DNA from: Octopus vulgaris
Lineage: Eukaryota
Reading direction: 5' to 3'
NCBI GenBank assembly: GCA_951406725.2
Contig: OX597814.1
Span: 8,122,001-8,186,000, forward strand
Length of the DNA stretch: 64,000 bases
Shown here: in pieces, positions 20,446 to 34,300 of the stretch
Position numbering within the stretch: position 1 is the stretch's first letter
Layout: each line of letters starts with the position of its first letter
Notes under the pieces: generated by a model
Seen by the model: only the letters and a program-made list of their open reading frames with translations
The model's database searches: none
What the model was told of the DNA's origin: nothing
Made by a program: the position numbers and the translations under genes

Positions 20446-23400
20446 ATGGCGACCCCCGTCGCCTTACAGATGAATCTACATCCGATTATGAACTGGGATT
20501 CTAGTGATGTTGTAGAAGCATTTAAAAAATTCAAACAAAAAACTCAACTAGCTTTCAAAAGTTTCCTGAAAGGCACAACTGACGATGAGAAGGTAAGCTA
20601 TATCCTTTTATGGTCAGGTAATAAAGGAATAGACCTATTCAATAGCTGGGATACGAGGGGCGTTCAATAAGTAATGCCCCTGACCCACCTTCCATAGGAG
20701 TAGAGCAACGAAACTTGGCACAGTTATTAGTCTTTTTCTACATAGGAACCACACAGAGTTACGCATTTCTCCCATTGTTTGCTGCAGCTCTGGAGACCGT
20801 TTTTGTAGAAGACCTCAGCTTGATCCTCCAACCACGACGTGACTTCAGAAATCAAGGCTGCATCATCTGGAAAACGCTTTCCTTTCAAAAACAACTTTAT
20901 GGCTGGGAAGAGGTGACAATCAGAGGGTGCAAGGTCAGGAGAGTAGGGGGATGGTGGAGGAGTTCATAGCCGCACGCCTGTGCTTCTGTTCTGGCGACAC
21001 GCAAGTTGTGGACCGGAGTGTTGTCCTGCAGGAGGAGGATGCTCTTGTGATCTTGCCCCGCCTCTTGATTTTGATAGCTTCTCTTAATTTCCTCAAAAGT
21101 GAAGCATAATAGGCTCCTGTAATTGTGGTACCCTTTTCCAGGAAATCTGTCATCACTACTCCGTCCTTGTCCCAGAAGACTGTGAGCATGACCTTGCCAG
21201 CGGAGGACTGCACCCTTGCCTTCTTTGGAGGAGGTGAGTCACGGTACTTCCACTGCATTGACTGGGCTTTGGTCTCTGGATCATAGTGATGGACCCAGGT
21301 TTCATTCTGTGTAATCAGTCTTTTGAAAAATTTTGACTCATCTTCTTGGCACATCTCCAAATTCACCCTCGAGCACTTGACGCGTTCTTGCTTCTGGAAA
21401 GCTGTGAGCAACCTGGGAATCCATCTGGCAGACACCTTTTGCATATGCAAATGGTCATGAATGATAGTTTCCACAGACCCGGTACTAATCTTGACCTCAT
21501 GGGCTATTTGGCGAATAGTTATGCGTCGATCTTCCAAAATGGCTGCCTCAACTTGACGGACAGATGCCTCATCAATGGCAGAAGGGGGGCGACCAGATCT
21601 GGGAGCTGTTTCCACAGAGTTCCGACCATGTTTGAATTCACGATGCCAGCGTTTTACAAGGTCATACGATGGGGCATCATCACCATAAGTTACTTTCATT
21701 TCATCAAAAGTCTCCCGTGGTATGCGTCCTTTCAAATACCAAAACCGGATCACTACTCGGCACTCAACAGGCTCCATTTCACACTTGACTCATTTCAAAC
21801 ACTTGTAAATTAGAAACCACAATTAGTTCAGAGCTGTAATTTGCCACTTAATCTATAGAGATATAAATAATTGCACATGCAAAATTTCAGCTAGTTCAAA
21901 CAACTGCAAGTGGGTCAGGGGCATTACTTATTGAACGTCTCTCGTATGTCAGAATCGGACTGCAATAACCCTGACACACTTCTTGAGAAATTTGAAAGGC
22001 ACCTAGAGCCCAGGTCGAACCATAGAATTCACAGATACTAATTCCAGGGCCTGAAACAAGACCCACAAGAAACAATTGACAATTTCCTGTCAAGACTGAA
22101 AAATGTTGCAGAGAAATTCAAATTCAAAGACAGGGAGGAGAGAATTGTAGACCAATTAATATGGGGGGGGGTGCCCACAAAGAAGTACAAAAATCACTAA
22201 TAGGTAAGGACGCTCTCCAGTTGGTAGAAGCAGTAGACACTGCAAGAGCATTCGAAGCCACTACCAAACAAATGGCCTCACTTAGCTTACAAACAAGCTC
22301 ACTAGGTAGCAGTGTAGATATTGTATCTAGGCACAGGACACATACCCACAAACAAAGAACATGCCAGTACTGTGGTCCAGAGCATGAGTTCGATAACCGG
22401 AAGAAATGTCCTGCGTTCGGTACACACTGCAAAGCATGTGGAAAACTTAACCACTGGGAAAAAAATGTGTAGGTTAACAAAATCCCAGAGATACAAGCCC
22501 CAATTTTCAAAGAGGAGCAGAAATAGAAGAGATATACATGCACAACAACAGGAACAAAACACCTCAGAGGAGGAATTCTTGGCAGTCGGCATAATAAATG
22601 TGCATGAGATGGGAAAGGACGACCGGAAGAAAGAAGATGAGGCATACACAACAATAAAAATACAGAAGAAGTCTGGCAGGAAACGAACAAACATAGACTT
22701 AAGGCTAAAGATTGACACTGGAGCCCAGAGTAATATCTTACCTGTCAACCTCTACAAAAAGATGTTCCCAGAACACATAACAAAAGAGGATAAAGTCAAA
22801 CAAGGAATCCTCACACCAAGTGATGTAATCCTCACTGCGTACGGAGGAACCAGGATTCCACAACTGGGTAAAACAACTATCACAGGGACACACAAAGGAA
22901 AATTAATTAAGTGTTCTTTTTATGTCACAAGAACAGAAGGGCCAGCAATTCTTGGACTCAATACCTGCAAAAAGCTAAATATTGTATCAATCAATGCTGA
23001 AGTGAAAGCAGCTCCAAGCAGGTTTGACAGAGATATGCCTATCAAAGATCGACCACAAATCACAAACAAAGAGGAACTGATAAGCATGTACCCTGAATGC
23101 TTTGACGATACAGTCGGGTGCTATGTGAAATATCGATATCATATAACAGTCGACCCCAATATCAAACCAATTGTTAACCCACCTCGCTGCGTCCCTCTAG
23201 AACTAAAAGAGAAGCTGAAGACAGAGTTGGACAGAATGGAAAAAAAAGAAATAATCACCAAAGTGACACGACCAACAGACTGGGTGAATTCAATTGTAAT
23301 CAAGGAAAAACCCAATGGTACCCTACGGATATGCCTCGACCCAAGGGACCTGAACAAGGCATTAAAAAGAGAGTACCATCCAATTCCAACCCTTGAAGAA

Positions 23401-25763
23401 ATCACACCATCATTGGCTGGATCCAAATTATTCAGCAAACTGGATGCCAGTAAGGGGTACTGGAATATAAAGATAGACAAAGAGTCATCCATGCTCACTA
23501 CCTTCAACACACCATTTGGCATATATCGGTTCAACCGACTCCCATTTGGATTGAAGGTGAGCCAAGATGTTTTCCAGCGTCAAATACATTAGACCTACCA
23601 AGGCTGCAAGGGAGCAATTGGAATAGCAGATGACATCCAAGTGCATGTCAAGGATGAGACCACACATGACTTCAATTTACATGAAGCTATGGAGAAAACC
23701 CGACAAGCAGGCATCAAACTCAATGCAGACAAGTGTATAATAAAAGAAAAGGAGTACAAATTCTTTGGAATTATATACTCTGCAGAGGGAGTTAAGCCAG
23801 ACCCCGCTAAAGTGGAAGCCATCAGAGACATTAAAGATCCTAAAGACAGGAAGGAACTCAGGAGCTTCCTGGGACTCATCAACTACATGGGAGCCTTCAT
23901 ACCCAAGCTGGCCGATCACACTGCAAATCTCCGAGAGCTAAACAAAGATGACGTAGAGTTTGATTGGTGTGCTTCACACACACAGGATTTCAAAACAATC
24001 AAAAAGCTCATCAGTAAGGAGACAACTCTGCAATACTATGACAGACGCAAACCAGTAATATTCCAAGTCGATGCTTCTATGAGAGGAGTTGGTGCAGCAC
24101 TGATACAGGAAGGTAAACTCATTGCCTATACCTCGAAAGCTCTCTCACCCACAGAGACAAGGTACGCGAATATTGAAAGGGAACTCCTGGCAGTAGAATA
24201 TGGATGCGAAAAGTTCCATACATACCTGTACGGCAGACATTCCAATATAGAAACAGACCATCGCCCGCTAGAACAAATACATAGAAAAAACCTCATGAAA
24301 GCACCAGCCAGACTGCAAAGATTACTGTTAAGGCTTCAAACATACGACTATGACATCAGGTACAAGCCAGGAAAAGACCTGATATTGGCGGATGCTCTTT
24401 CCAGACTATCCTCACATGATAAACAGGAGATGGAAGGACTAAGCATAAAGGTCCACCACATTGTAAATGTGACAACCACAAAGCTAGCGAAAATCAAAGA
24501 GGAGACCAGCAAAGATGAAGAACTTCAGCTCCTTACTCAGATGGTGATTCAGGGGTGGCCAGAAAAGAGACATCAGGTGCAACCCCTGATTCGTGAATAT
24601 TGGGCCATCCATGATGATATATCAGTGGAGAATGGAATCCTGATGGCTGGATCCCGAATAATTATACCCAAGTCAATGCAAGAAGAGATTCTTGACAAGA
24701 TCCACCATGGGCATCTCGGAATGGAGAAATGCAAGCTCCGAGCCAAGTCAGCAGTATATTGGGTATGCATGTACAAAGACATAGAGAAGACAGTTTCTAC
24801 ATGCCACATCTGTCAAAAGTACAGAAACTCACAACAAAAGGGGGAAATGATATCTAGTGACATCCCAAGAAGACCATGGCAAACTATTGGAGTAGATCTG
24901 TTCACAGAGGGCCAAGAATGGTATTTGATAATGGCCTGCTACTGCTCCAAATTTCCATTTGTGAGAAAAGTGAAAGACCTGACAGCCAAAACAATCACTA
25001 CAGTGGCCCGAGGACTTCTAGCAGAGCAAGGAATACCAGAGCAGATCATATGTGACAATGGAACCCAGTTCACATCACAAGAATTCAAAAAGCTAGCCGA
25101 TGAGTATGGGTTCAATATTACAACTTCATCTCCACACTACCCCATGGATTTATAGAAAGACAGGTGCAGACAGTGAAGAGAACACTAGTCAAATGCCGAG
25201 AGACTAAGGAAGACCCACACCTGGCACTTCTGTCCCTACGAGCGACACCACTGAGAGCTGATATGAAATCCCCAGCAGAATTACTGAATGGCAGGAAGTA
25301 CAAAACTACCCCGCCAACTAAGATCCAACCTCCTATTGACCAGGAAGAGACAAGGGCAAAGCTAGCAGCCACTCAAGAACAATCACAGAGGTATTACAAC
25401 AAACATGCACAATATTTACCTGAGATACTTGGAGGACAACATGTGCATGCTCAAGATCCCATAACTAAAACATGGATCCCAGCACAGGTTGTCAGTAGAG
25501 CTGAAACTCCAAGATCATATATAATAGAAATGGAATCTGGTTGGCAGCTGAGACGCAACAGGGCCCACATCCGCCCAACACCAGAGCTGTCGAGGACAAC
25601 GTGTACAACACCTGCTGCATTAGTGACAACACCCACAGAATCATCACCCCAACGTTCACAAACCACCTATCAGCAGCCCAACAACACACCTCAGACACCG
25701 GTGCGAAGCACAAGATCCACCAGATGGAGAAAGAACATTCTGCCACCGGTTCGATACCGTTAA
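20446..25763 (+). pseudogene. Gypsy gag-pol, disrupted by the mariner insertion, stops and frameshifts
   Basis: Double knuckle CQYCGPEH...CPAFGTHCKACGKLNH; protease IDTGAQSN; RT LRICLDPRDLN, KLDASKGYW, IADDI; RNase H VDAS, YANIERELLA, TDHRPL; integrase HHGHLG...CHIC, DNGTQF. Confidence 0.95.
20654..21944 (-). mobile_element. Mariner transposon copy 2, nested in Gypsy gag
   Basis: Same TIRs as copy 1; TA duplication at 20652-53 and 21945-46; transposase 21777 to ~20727 with a frameshift near 21045 and the first catalytic D mutated (TQNETW). Confidence 0.96.
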
Positions 25764-25939
25764 AGAAAAAAAAAGGGAAAATGAAAAGATAAATAACTAA
25801 TACAGCTAGACTACAAAGCAGAGGCAGAATAATCTCAGGATTTCTGCTGTAGGATTGCCACCTCAGGCTGACAATCCATAGAGTAAGGGAGACTACTTAT
25901 TTTATCTTCACTGCCAAAAGACCCCTTTATTTTTTTTTC

Positions 25940-26169
25940 AAGAAGAAGGGATGTTACACATTCATATCTATGTGTTTACGTATGCCAAACTACATCTCCA
26001 CTCTTGGCACTATTTTGTTAGTGAACAGTACAACTGTGTGTAAAGTATATAATGTATTACTACGCTGAATGTCGAGTCCGTGTAACATGAAAAGTCAATA
26101 AACACGTACACAATAACAATGGTTTTCATTTAGTTGTGTATCCCATTAGAACACAAACTACACATAACA
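25940..26169 (+). repeat. Polypurine tract and 3' LTR
   Basis: AAGAAGAAGGGA (25940-25951), then TGTTACAC...CATAACA (25952-26169). Confidence 0.95.
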
Positions 26170-26742
26170 GGTGGGTAGAGGGCTTCAGAAAATTCACAAA
26201 ATCCAAGTTTTCACCTCATAACCTTTAGGAAAATGGGGTTTTTTTAAATGAAATTTTATATAAATACCTTTGAAACGACATACGTTACGATTATAAAGTA
26301 ATTTGTTGGGAGAGGACTTTCGGAAAATTCCCAAGATCCGAATTTTTCACATTCCACTTTCTAGATATTCTAGCGTATGTTTATTTCTACCCACTTTCAA
26401 TAATTTGTTAGTGTTTTGGCTTCAATTTTGTTTCAATTTCAATTGTTTTTACCCTTTTTTTAACCCTTCATTCTTATTCTCATTCACAGATCAGTATAGG
26501 AAGTTTAAAATTTTTTAGTTACCTAAAAATTATGTTAAAAACTGCCGTTCAAACCGAAAAGATCTGAAAAGCTAGCCAAAAACAATAAAAAATATTATAA
26601 TAATTTCGTTTAGCTGTTGTTTCTAGCATGTCAGGTTTTCTAGTGGTCGTCTGATATTTTTGACATCTGCTATTTCAGTAGACGGTTAGACATGTTCTGT
26701 CAAAGTGCAGACTAGCACTAGAAAGATATACATGGCGGCATA

Positions 26743-27350
26743 ATTTTAATTTTAATTTTTAATTTAATTTTTTTTGGCTCAAAAAGCAAAAGCAAGGCCA
26801 TGTAGGGGGACATGGAGTTATGTACAAGGAGGGTGTTCATACAAAGAGTTCAGGCCATTTCTGGTGAAGAGAGACTTTGAACCGAGCAGTCATCGGCATC
26901 TTCACTATCTCGTCCGGCAGCTTATTCCACGGATCCGCCACCCAGACGGAGAAAGACCCTCTCCTTCGATTGAGATGAAATCGTCGCAGATAGAGCTTTT
27001 CGGAGTGACCCCGCAGCCAACGTTCTGGAGCAGGAGTGAAGAACAGCTCTTTCTAGAGGTTACACTTTCCGCTTATGATGTTGTGAGTGAGAATGAGATC
27101 ACCACGGCGTCGTCGTTTTTCTAGAGAATAAAGGTCGAGCGTCTTCAGCCTTTCTTCATAAGACAAATTCTTAAGACCAAGAACCATGTGGGTAGCCAGC
27201 TTCTGGACTCTTTCGAGATGCTGTATGTCTTTGAGGAGATAAAGAGAAGAGGCTTGAATCCCGTACTCCAATATGGGTCTCACCAGCATGACACAGAACG
27301 GTAGGAATATGGCTGCTGTGAGTATTCTGAATGACCGTCGAATCAAAAAC
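26743..27350 (-). mobile_element. 3' fragment of a second CR1-type LINE family
   Basis: ORF 27053-27346 has VRPILEY...LERVQKLAT...LSYEERL...SLEKRRRRGDLI; A-rich (TTAAAA)-type tail at 26743-26775. Confidence 0.85.
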
Positions 27351-28350
27351 AGAACTCCGCGTGCTTTGTTGGCATAATCAAGTCCTCGGTGTCATAAGCG
27401 CAGCACTCAAGGAGAAGATCGAGAAGTACAATAGGGGAGAGTACCCAAAAGTAGAAAAGCGCAGGAAAGTATACTTCCACAAGGAGGGAAACGGTTGTAA
27501 AACCAGGCCTACAAGTAAAGTATACGAGATAGACGAAAGATGGAAAGGATACTGGGAGGTGGCCACGGACTTGGAAAGACAAGTAATATTTCCACTAATA
27601 AAAACAACAAAAAAAACGGATTTAGTCTTATGGAATGGAGACCGGAGAATAGGAATTTTACTAGAACTGACAAGAAGAGAACATCGGCAATGCAGAGGAA
27701 CGAAAGGAGAAGAGGTACAAAAAGCTAATCGAAGAATGCAGAGAACAGGGATGGAATGTCGAGTATTACCACCTAGCAGTGGGGCTAGAGGCTTCGTTGA
27801 AAGGAGTATGACAATGCTTTTCAAAAGAAGATTTGTCTTTTCTCGCTCCGAGCTGCAAAAACTAAGGAGAGTACAGGAGGCGGTCGAAAAAGCCAGCTTC
27901 TATATATGGCTGAAGCGGGAAGACCGAAAATGGCTTGAAAGTCATAACATGCCGGTGGGAAACAACATCATTAGGTGAGACAAGCTGACACTGAATCAGC
28001 TTCACTGACACGTGACGGTCGTTTAGAAAATGCGCGGACTAAAACTACACGCCTTCACTAGACAGTTAAGGTGAGACAGTGTCACGTGACAACTTGCTGG
28101 GGCTGCCTGCTGGAGCCTAGCAGCAGGTATTTAAAGGGGAAAATTGACAAGTCAGTCAGTCACCGGCTGACACTCGCTGACGATACATTGAAGAGGCCAG
28201 GGAACAGAAGAAAGAAGACATACACCCAACACCAGAGCTGAAGACACCTCCGAAGGGGGGCGGCCGCCACGTCAAAACGGTAGAGGAGTAGGGATCGAAA
28301 CCGGACGTGGTTCCTCCTGATGATGTCTTGAGCTAACTGGATCCTATAAA
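27350..28350 (+). mobile_element. 3' fragment of an RLE-type non-LTR element (HERO-like) with 3' UTR
   Basis: WHNQVL...DLVLWN...ILLELT...GARGFV...EAVEKASFYIWLKR in ORF 27331-27978; 3' boundary approximate. Confidence 0.7.
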
Positions 28351-29265
28351 GGAGCTGTGGTGCATATTTTTCTCTTGATATAGATATTCTTTCAGATATA
28401 TATACTGCAACTGTTTTTCCGTGGTGAGATTTTCACACTAACAGCATGAGTTGAATCTGTATTTATCTTGTTGTGTACAAGTTGAAATCTTCGTAGATAG
28501 AGACGATGTTGTGATGACGTTATGTCTGTCGCTTGGTTTACAATAGCGTCTTCACATTATGTTTGGCTTGGCTGTCGTCTGCCTTTCGAACTGGAACATG
28601 GTTGAGTAAGCTCTGTGTAGTCTCCGACCAAGACCTGAGAAGGTCTTAAGCCGAAAGACAGTGAATCATCAAATAATCAGTCTATTTATGGAGTTAAGAT
28701 GGCTCAAATGAAAGGTCCTATCCGAAAGCCGTGATTGGTCAGTTTACACACTGGCACGAAATAAGTAGAGAGACAGACCGCGCTTAGATGCTAACCAATC
28801 AAAATAGTGGACACAACAGGGTTAAACTAGCCAAAGATGTTTGTAATCTCAAACGAGATCATTCTTAATATTTTTCTCAAACAGTGAAGATAGCAATGAA
28901 GAAAACAATATTGCTAACACTCTCTTTATCAGTCACTTCCTTTATATGTATTTTTTCTTTCCATTTTGTCTGTTGTAAATGTGGTGTTAGTAGTGTCATG
29001 GGCTGTGATGGAGCTATGTGGTGTTGGTGGAGGGGATTGCAGATGAAGTGGACGAAAGTAAGACTTGCAGGGGCCGGTGAGACAGGCAGAGGGCGTGCGT
29101 AGGCAGGAAGCGCATGGGGTCAGTTCGAGCAGAGAGACAAGACGTGTTTAATTCGTGAGAATGACCGCTGATTCTGCCGAGGTCAACAGGTCAGGCCTTT
29201 TGTATTTCTTTCTCCCATTTGCTTCCTTTTCTGTTGTCCTTTTCCTCCATCACACTATAGTAAAT

Positions 29266-29444
29266 GATAATAATAAACTTTTATCACAAAGTTTTCATAC
29301 AAGTAAATTGTGTTAAAAGAGGGCAGAGGGGAAGTGTTTTTCTCGGAGAAACACTGATGTCATACAAAGTTGTTGTTAAACCAATCAACAGCTTAAAAAC
29401 CATCAAATAAAGATTCAAGTTTCACTTTTGCTCAGAGTTGTGAC
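29266..29444 (+). repeat. ~180-bp dispersed repeat, second copy at 56227-56408
   Basis: Shared GATAATAA...AAGTAAATTGTGTTAAA...CCAATCAACA...GCTCAGAGTTGTGAC. Confidence 0.85.
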
Positions 29445-29524
29445 AGCTACACTTTCAGAGCATCCACCCCACTACTGACTTGGTCACCTAAGTAATGGAA
29501 GCTATCAACTACTTCTAGTCTTTC

Positions 29525-30665
29525 TCTCTGGAATGTTGCAGAATTTGTTTTCTGCAGATTTTCAGTGTTTATTGCTCCTAAGCATCTGCCACATACAAAA
29601 ACTATCTTCCCAGTTAGCCTTCCTTTGATATTGCTGCACCTCTTATGTATCCATAGCTTACACTGGGTACATCTTATAGAGTTTCTACATACACCTTTTC
29701 TACAGATCGAGCAGGGCTATTTACCTGAAGGCGTTTGTGATTTGTCTACCTTCCTACTGATTACGACTTTGGTTTTAGCTAGGTTGACTCTAAGGCCCTT
29801 CAATTCTAATTCCTTGTTTCCACACCTGAAACTTTTCCTCGATTTCTGATAGTGACTCAGCTACTAGAGCAAGGTCGTCAGCATAGAGGAGCTCCCAGGG
29901 ACATCTTGTCTTGAATTCCTCTGTTATTGCCTGGAGGACTATGAAAAATAGGAGGGGGATGAGGACTGAACCTTGGTGGACCCCTACCTCTACCCAGAAT
30001 TCTTCACTGTACTCGTTGCCAACCCTCACCTTACTGATAGCGTCCCTGTACATGGCTCGCACAGCTCTCACTAACCATTCATCTATCCCTAGTTTCCTCA
30101 TTGACCAGCAGATAAGGGATTGTGGGACCCTGTCAAAGGCTTTCTCTATGTCAACGAAAGCCAGGTACAGAGGTTTATCTTTGGCTAGGTATTTCTCCTG
30201 CAGCTGTCTTACCAGAAATATAGCATCAGTGGTACTTTTCCCTGCACGAACCCAAACTGCACCTCATCTAAATTAACTCTCTCCCTAATCAGTTAGGCTA
30301 TGACCCTCTCCATAACCCTCATTACCTGATCCAACAGCTTGATACCTCTGTAATTATTTGTATCTAAGGCGTCACCTTTACCTTTGTAGCAGTTGACTAT
30401 TATGCTGCTACACCAGTCATTGGGTATGACTCCTTCGTGTATCACCTAGTTAACTAATTGGGTAACTAGGCTATACCCGACATGCCAGATGTTTTGAGCG
30501 TCTCTGAAGTGATTCCTGATGGGCCAGTGGTTTTCCCTGTCTTCATACTCTTAATTGCTTTATCTACCAAGGTACTGTCATCTCAGATAGCTGGTCTTTC
30601 TGTTGGGTCAGCATTCGGTAAACTCTCTTTCTCCCAATCATTCTCTTTATTGAGCAACCTTTCTT
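29525..30665 (-). mobile_element. RTE-clade LINE RT fragment
   Basis: GVHQGSVLIPLLF...PWELLYADDL in ORF 29790-30101; FVDIEKAFDRV and KGKGDALD readable upstream. Confidence 0.9.
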
Positions 30666-31269
30666 AGTGGCATCTCCAAATCTCTCTCTTTGCACATTAG
30701 ATTAATATAAGCAATGTCAACCACCACCACTGTCATCATCGTCATCAATTTTCCATAATGGAATATGTTGAATACTTTGACAGGATCTGGTGAGCAGCAT
30801 TGACCTCTAGGGTCAGCTTTGGCATGGTTTCTATTGCTCGGTGCCCTTCCTAATGCCAACCACTTTACAGAGTGGACTGGGGGAAATTTTTCTGCCATCA
30901 TTACGAGGGAGGTTGCCAAGTAATGTCCAAGACAGAAAAAAAAAGGAAAAACACTCCTTCTACTAAATGGAGTGAGGAACTGAAAGGGTTATGTAGGGAT
31001 TATGGTAGGTGTTGAAAGGCTAAAGTACGATCAAGGAGGTACAATAGAGAAAATATAGAGCACTGTTCTGTTTCCAGTTGCCACACCATTCTGTGTCCAC
31101 TCATTAAAACTTATTAATCATCAACAATTTGACTGTCACGGTTAAGCTTTTACAATGAAGAGGTCTCAACAGCGAAACATGTCTGAAGTTGTCTCTCTAT
31201 TGCTAAATTCATTCCTTCACCATATGCTGAAGGAATGAACTTGATGTTCCTTCAGCATTTGGTGAAGGA

Positions 31270-34200
31270 GTGAATTTGAAACTACACAGCCAGGAATTGA
31301 ACGTGATGGAAGTTCCTGGCTCACACCCACAAAGTCGCCTGTTTTTCGTTTGTGATCGTGTAACAGGCATGCGTTTCTTGGTTGACACCGGCGCAGAAGT
31401 CCGCATCATCCCTGTTTCCAACACATCAGGAAAAAGAAAAGGGACACCAGTCTGTCTTCAGGCAGTTAACCACTCACCCATTCCAACCTACAGTGAACAG
31501 TCCCTAACGTTGAACTTAGTACTACGCCGCACCTTTCAGTGGGTTTTTGTCATTGCTGAACTGCCGACCCCTATTTTAGGAGCCGATTTCCTGCATTATT
31601 TCGGTCTCCTGGTAGACATTAAAAACAGACAACTTGTCGACAGCACCACACAGCTTACTGTGCGCGGTTTGGCCGCTCGTATGGCCACAGTCAGCCAAAC
31701 TATATTGCCCGCAACAACAACTCGTCACAGTTCTATCCTGAAAGAATATCCGGACGTCGCCCGATCAGTATTCCACAACCAGCCGATCAAACACAACGTT
31801 ACCCACCGCATCAAAACCAGCGGTCCACCTGTTGCTGCAAGGCTCAGAAGGATACCACCTGATCGTCTCAAGGCCGTCAAGCGGGAATTCCAGCACATGC
31901 TCGACCTCGGAATCATCCGCCCTTCTAGCGGCAACTGGTCCTCGCTGATACACTGAATCCCCCCAAAAATTATCGACCGATTGGCGGGCTTGCGGTGTAC
32001 TGTACTGTAAGTGATGCATATCCAGTGCCCTATTTGCAGGATTTTTCTAACTCGCTGCATGGAGCTTGCATCTTTTCCAAGATCGACCTTGTGCGAGCAT
32101 ACAACCAAATCCCAGTGGAACCTGTGGACATCCCGAAGACAGCAGTTACTACACGCTTCAGAATGTTTGAATTCCCGTGTATGCCTTTTGGTTTACGCAA
32201 CGTGGCACAGACATTCCAAAGGTTTATCGACATGGTTACTAGAGATCTGTCTTTTGTCTATGCCTACGTAGACGACATACTCATGGCCAGTAGCTCAGAC
32301 GAAGGACATGACCTGCACCAGCTATTTGAACGCCTCTGCAAATACAGTGTTGTTATCAACCCCAGCAAGTGTTCGTTTGGGTTGCTTCCCTTCAGTTTTT
32401 CGGACACATCTCCTTCCCGAGAAAGTCAAGGCCATCGTGGATTTTCCACCACCCACATCTCTCTGCAAATTAAGGGAATATTTTGGCCTAGTGAATTTCT
32501 ATCAAAGGTTCGTACCCCACCTCGCTGAGATAGTGCAACCGCTCACGGATTTGGTATGTCAGTGAACTTGCAAAAATACAGAAATTGCCCTGAACGAAGA
32601 TCAACTCGTCTCTTTCACTGCCCTGAAAAAAGCGTTATCCAACGCTACCATGTTGGTTTATCCAAAACCATACGCCCCACGATGTTTACTCATTGATGCA
32701 TCCGATTTCGGAATTGGAGATGTACTACAGCAGCTTGTTGACGGCATATGGCAACCGTTGTCCTTCTTTTCTAAGCGGTTAAAACCCACTGAAACAAAAT
32801 ACAGCACATTCAGTCAGGAATTATTAGCGGCATACCTGGCCGTTAAGCATTTCCGTCACATGCTAGAAGGTACCAATTTTGCCATATACACCGACCACAA
32901 GCCATTGGTATATGCATTTAACACCAAGCCGGATCGCCACTCGCCGAGAGAAATCCGCCACCTCAACTTCATATCGCAGTATACGACAGATATAAGCCAC
33001 ATCAAAGGGACAACCATCTTAGCAACCGATGCACTTTCACGCACGCAGATCAATGCTATCCACACCACGGCTACAATTGATCTGGCACGTATAGCAGCTG
33101 ACCAGGAGAATGACGAAGAACTTCTAAAGCTCCGGAATTCGTCATCTTTGAAATTTCAGCATGTTCCACTACCATCATCCACGGCCCATATTTGGTGTGA
33201 TATCTCCACTGGTCACCAACGCCCTTGTATACCACAAACATCGTCAAGAAGTTTTCTTTGCTCTGCATTCTTTCTCACATCCTGGTATTTACTCCACTCA
33301 AATGCTGATATCGACCCGTTTTGTGTGGACCAGTATCAACAAGGATATCAGAGAATGGACCAAGTGCTGTGTTGCGTGCCAAAAAGTGAAAATCCACCGG
33401 CACATAAAATCACCAATCGGTTCCTTTTCGCAACCCGACGCACGATTTCAGCACGTTCACATTGACATCGTGGGACCTCTTCCACCTTCGCAGAATTATA
33501 CACATTTGCTTACCTGCGTAGATCGTTTTTCGCGATGGCCCGAAGCCTGGCCCTTACCTGATACATCAGCAGAAACGGTCGCCAAAACGCTGATATCACA
33601 ATGGGTTTCGCGTTTTGGCACACCCGCAACAATCACCACTGACAGAGGACGTCAGTTTGATTCCCACCTCTTCACCAAGCTGACTCGTCTCCTCGGGTGT
33701 AAACACACCCGCACTATGGCTTACCACCCTGCAGCAAATGGCATGGTCGAACGCTTTCACTGCCAACTCAAGGCATCTATCAAAGCAGCTCCAGACAGTT
33801 CTCACTGGTTGGGACATATCCCTCTCATCCTCCTTGGATTTCGATCCACGGTTAAGGAGGAACTGGGATATACTTTGGCTGAACTCGTTTATGGCACAGC
33901 ACTCACCTTACCTGGGCAGATGATCGAACCTGTTTCACAAGACTTTCCTGACCCACAACAATATGTGCACCGATTACGGACATCCATGTCGCAGTTATCA
34001 CCTTCAGGCCCCAGACAACAGAACGTTGTTTCACGTGTCCCAAAAGACATCAACACGTGGACTCATGTTTTCGTGAGGAATGATGGGATACCATCTCAAC
34101 TTCGGCCACCATATTCCGGGCCCTACAAGGTTATCAAAAGAGAACCCAAGTATTTCGTCCTCGATATTGGAGGTAAATGAAATACGGTCTCGATTGATCG

Positions 34201-34300
34201 TTTAAAAAAAGCTTTATCGAGGAGGACTTACATTCAGTTCCCTCCTTTCCTCAAACAGACTCAACAACTCCAGCAAACACCACAGATTCTGCACAACCCC
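31270..34300 (+). pseudogene. Second Gypsy pol (PR-RT-RH-IN), frameshifted; no gag or 5' LTR seen
   Basis: FLVDTGA, ILGADFL, FSKIDLVRAYNQIP, MPFGLRN, YVDD, IDASD, YTDHKPL, HPG...[37 protein letters not shown]. Confidence 0.93.

Larger units (their letters stand above)
20105..26169 (+). mobile_element. Complete Ty3/Gypsy LTR retrotransposon (Mag-like)
   Basis: LTRs 20105-20321 and 25952-26169 (TG...CA); TSD GGTGG at 20100-20104 and 26170-26174; PBS; PPT; gag-pol in PR-RT-RH-IN order. Confidence 0.97.

Noticed and set aside
28630-28670. CTGAGAAGG...CCGAAAG hammerhead-like motif
   Set aside because: C3:A8 mismatch and no convincing stems I and III
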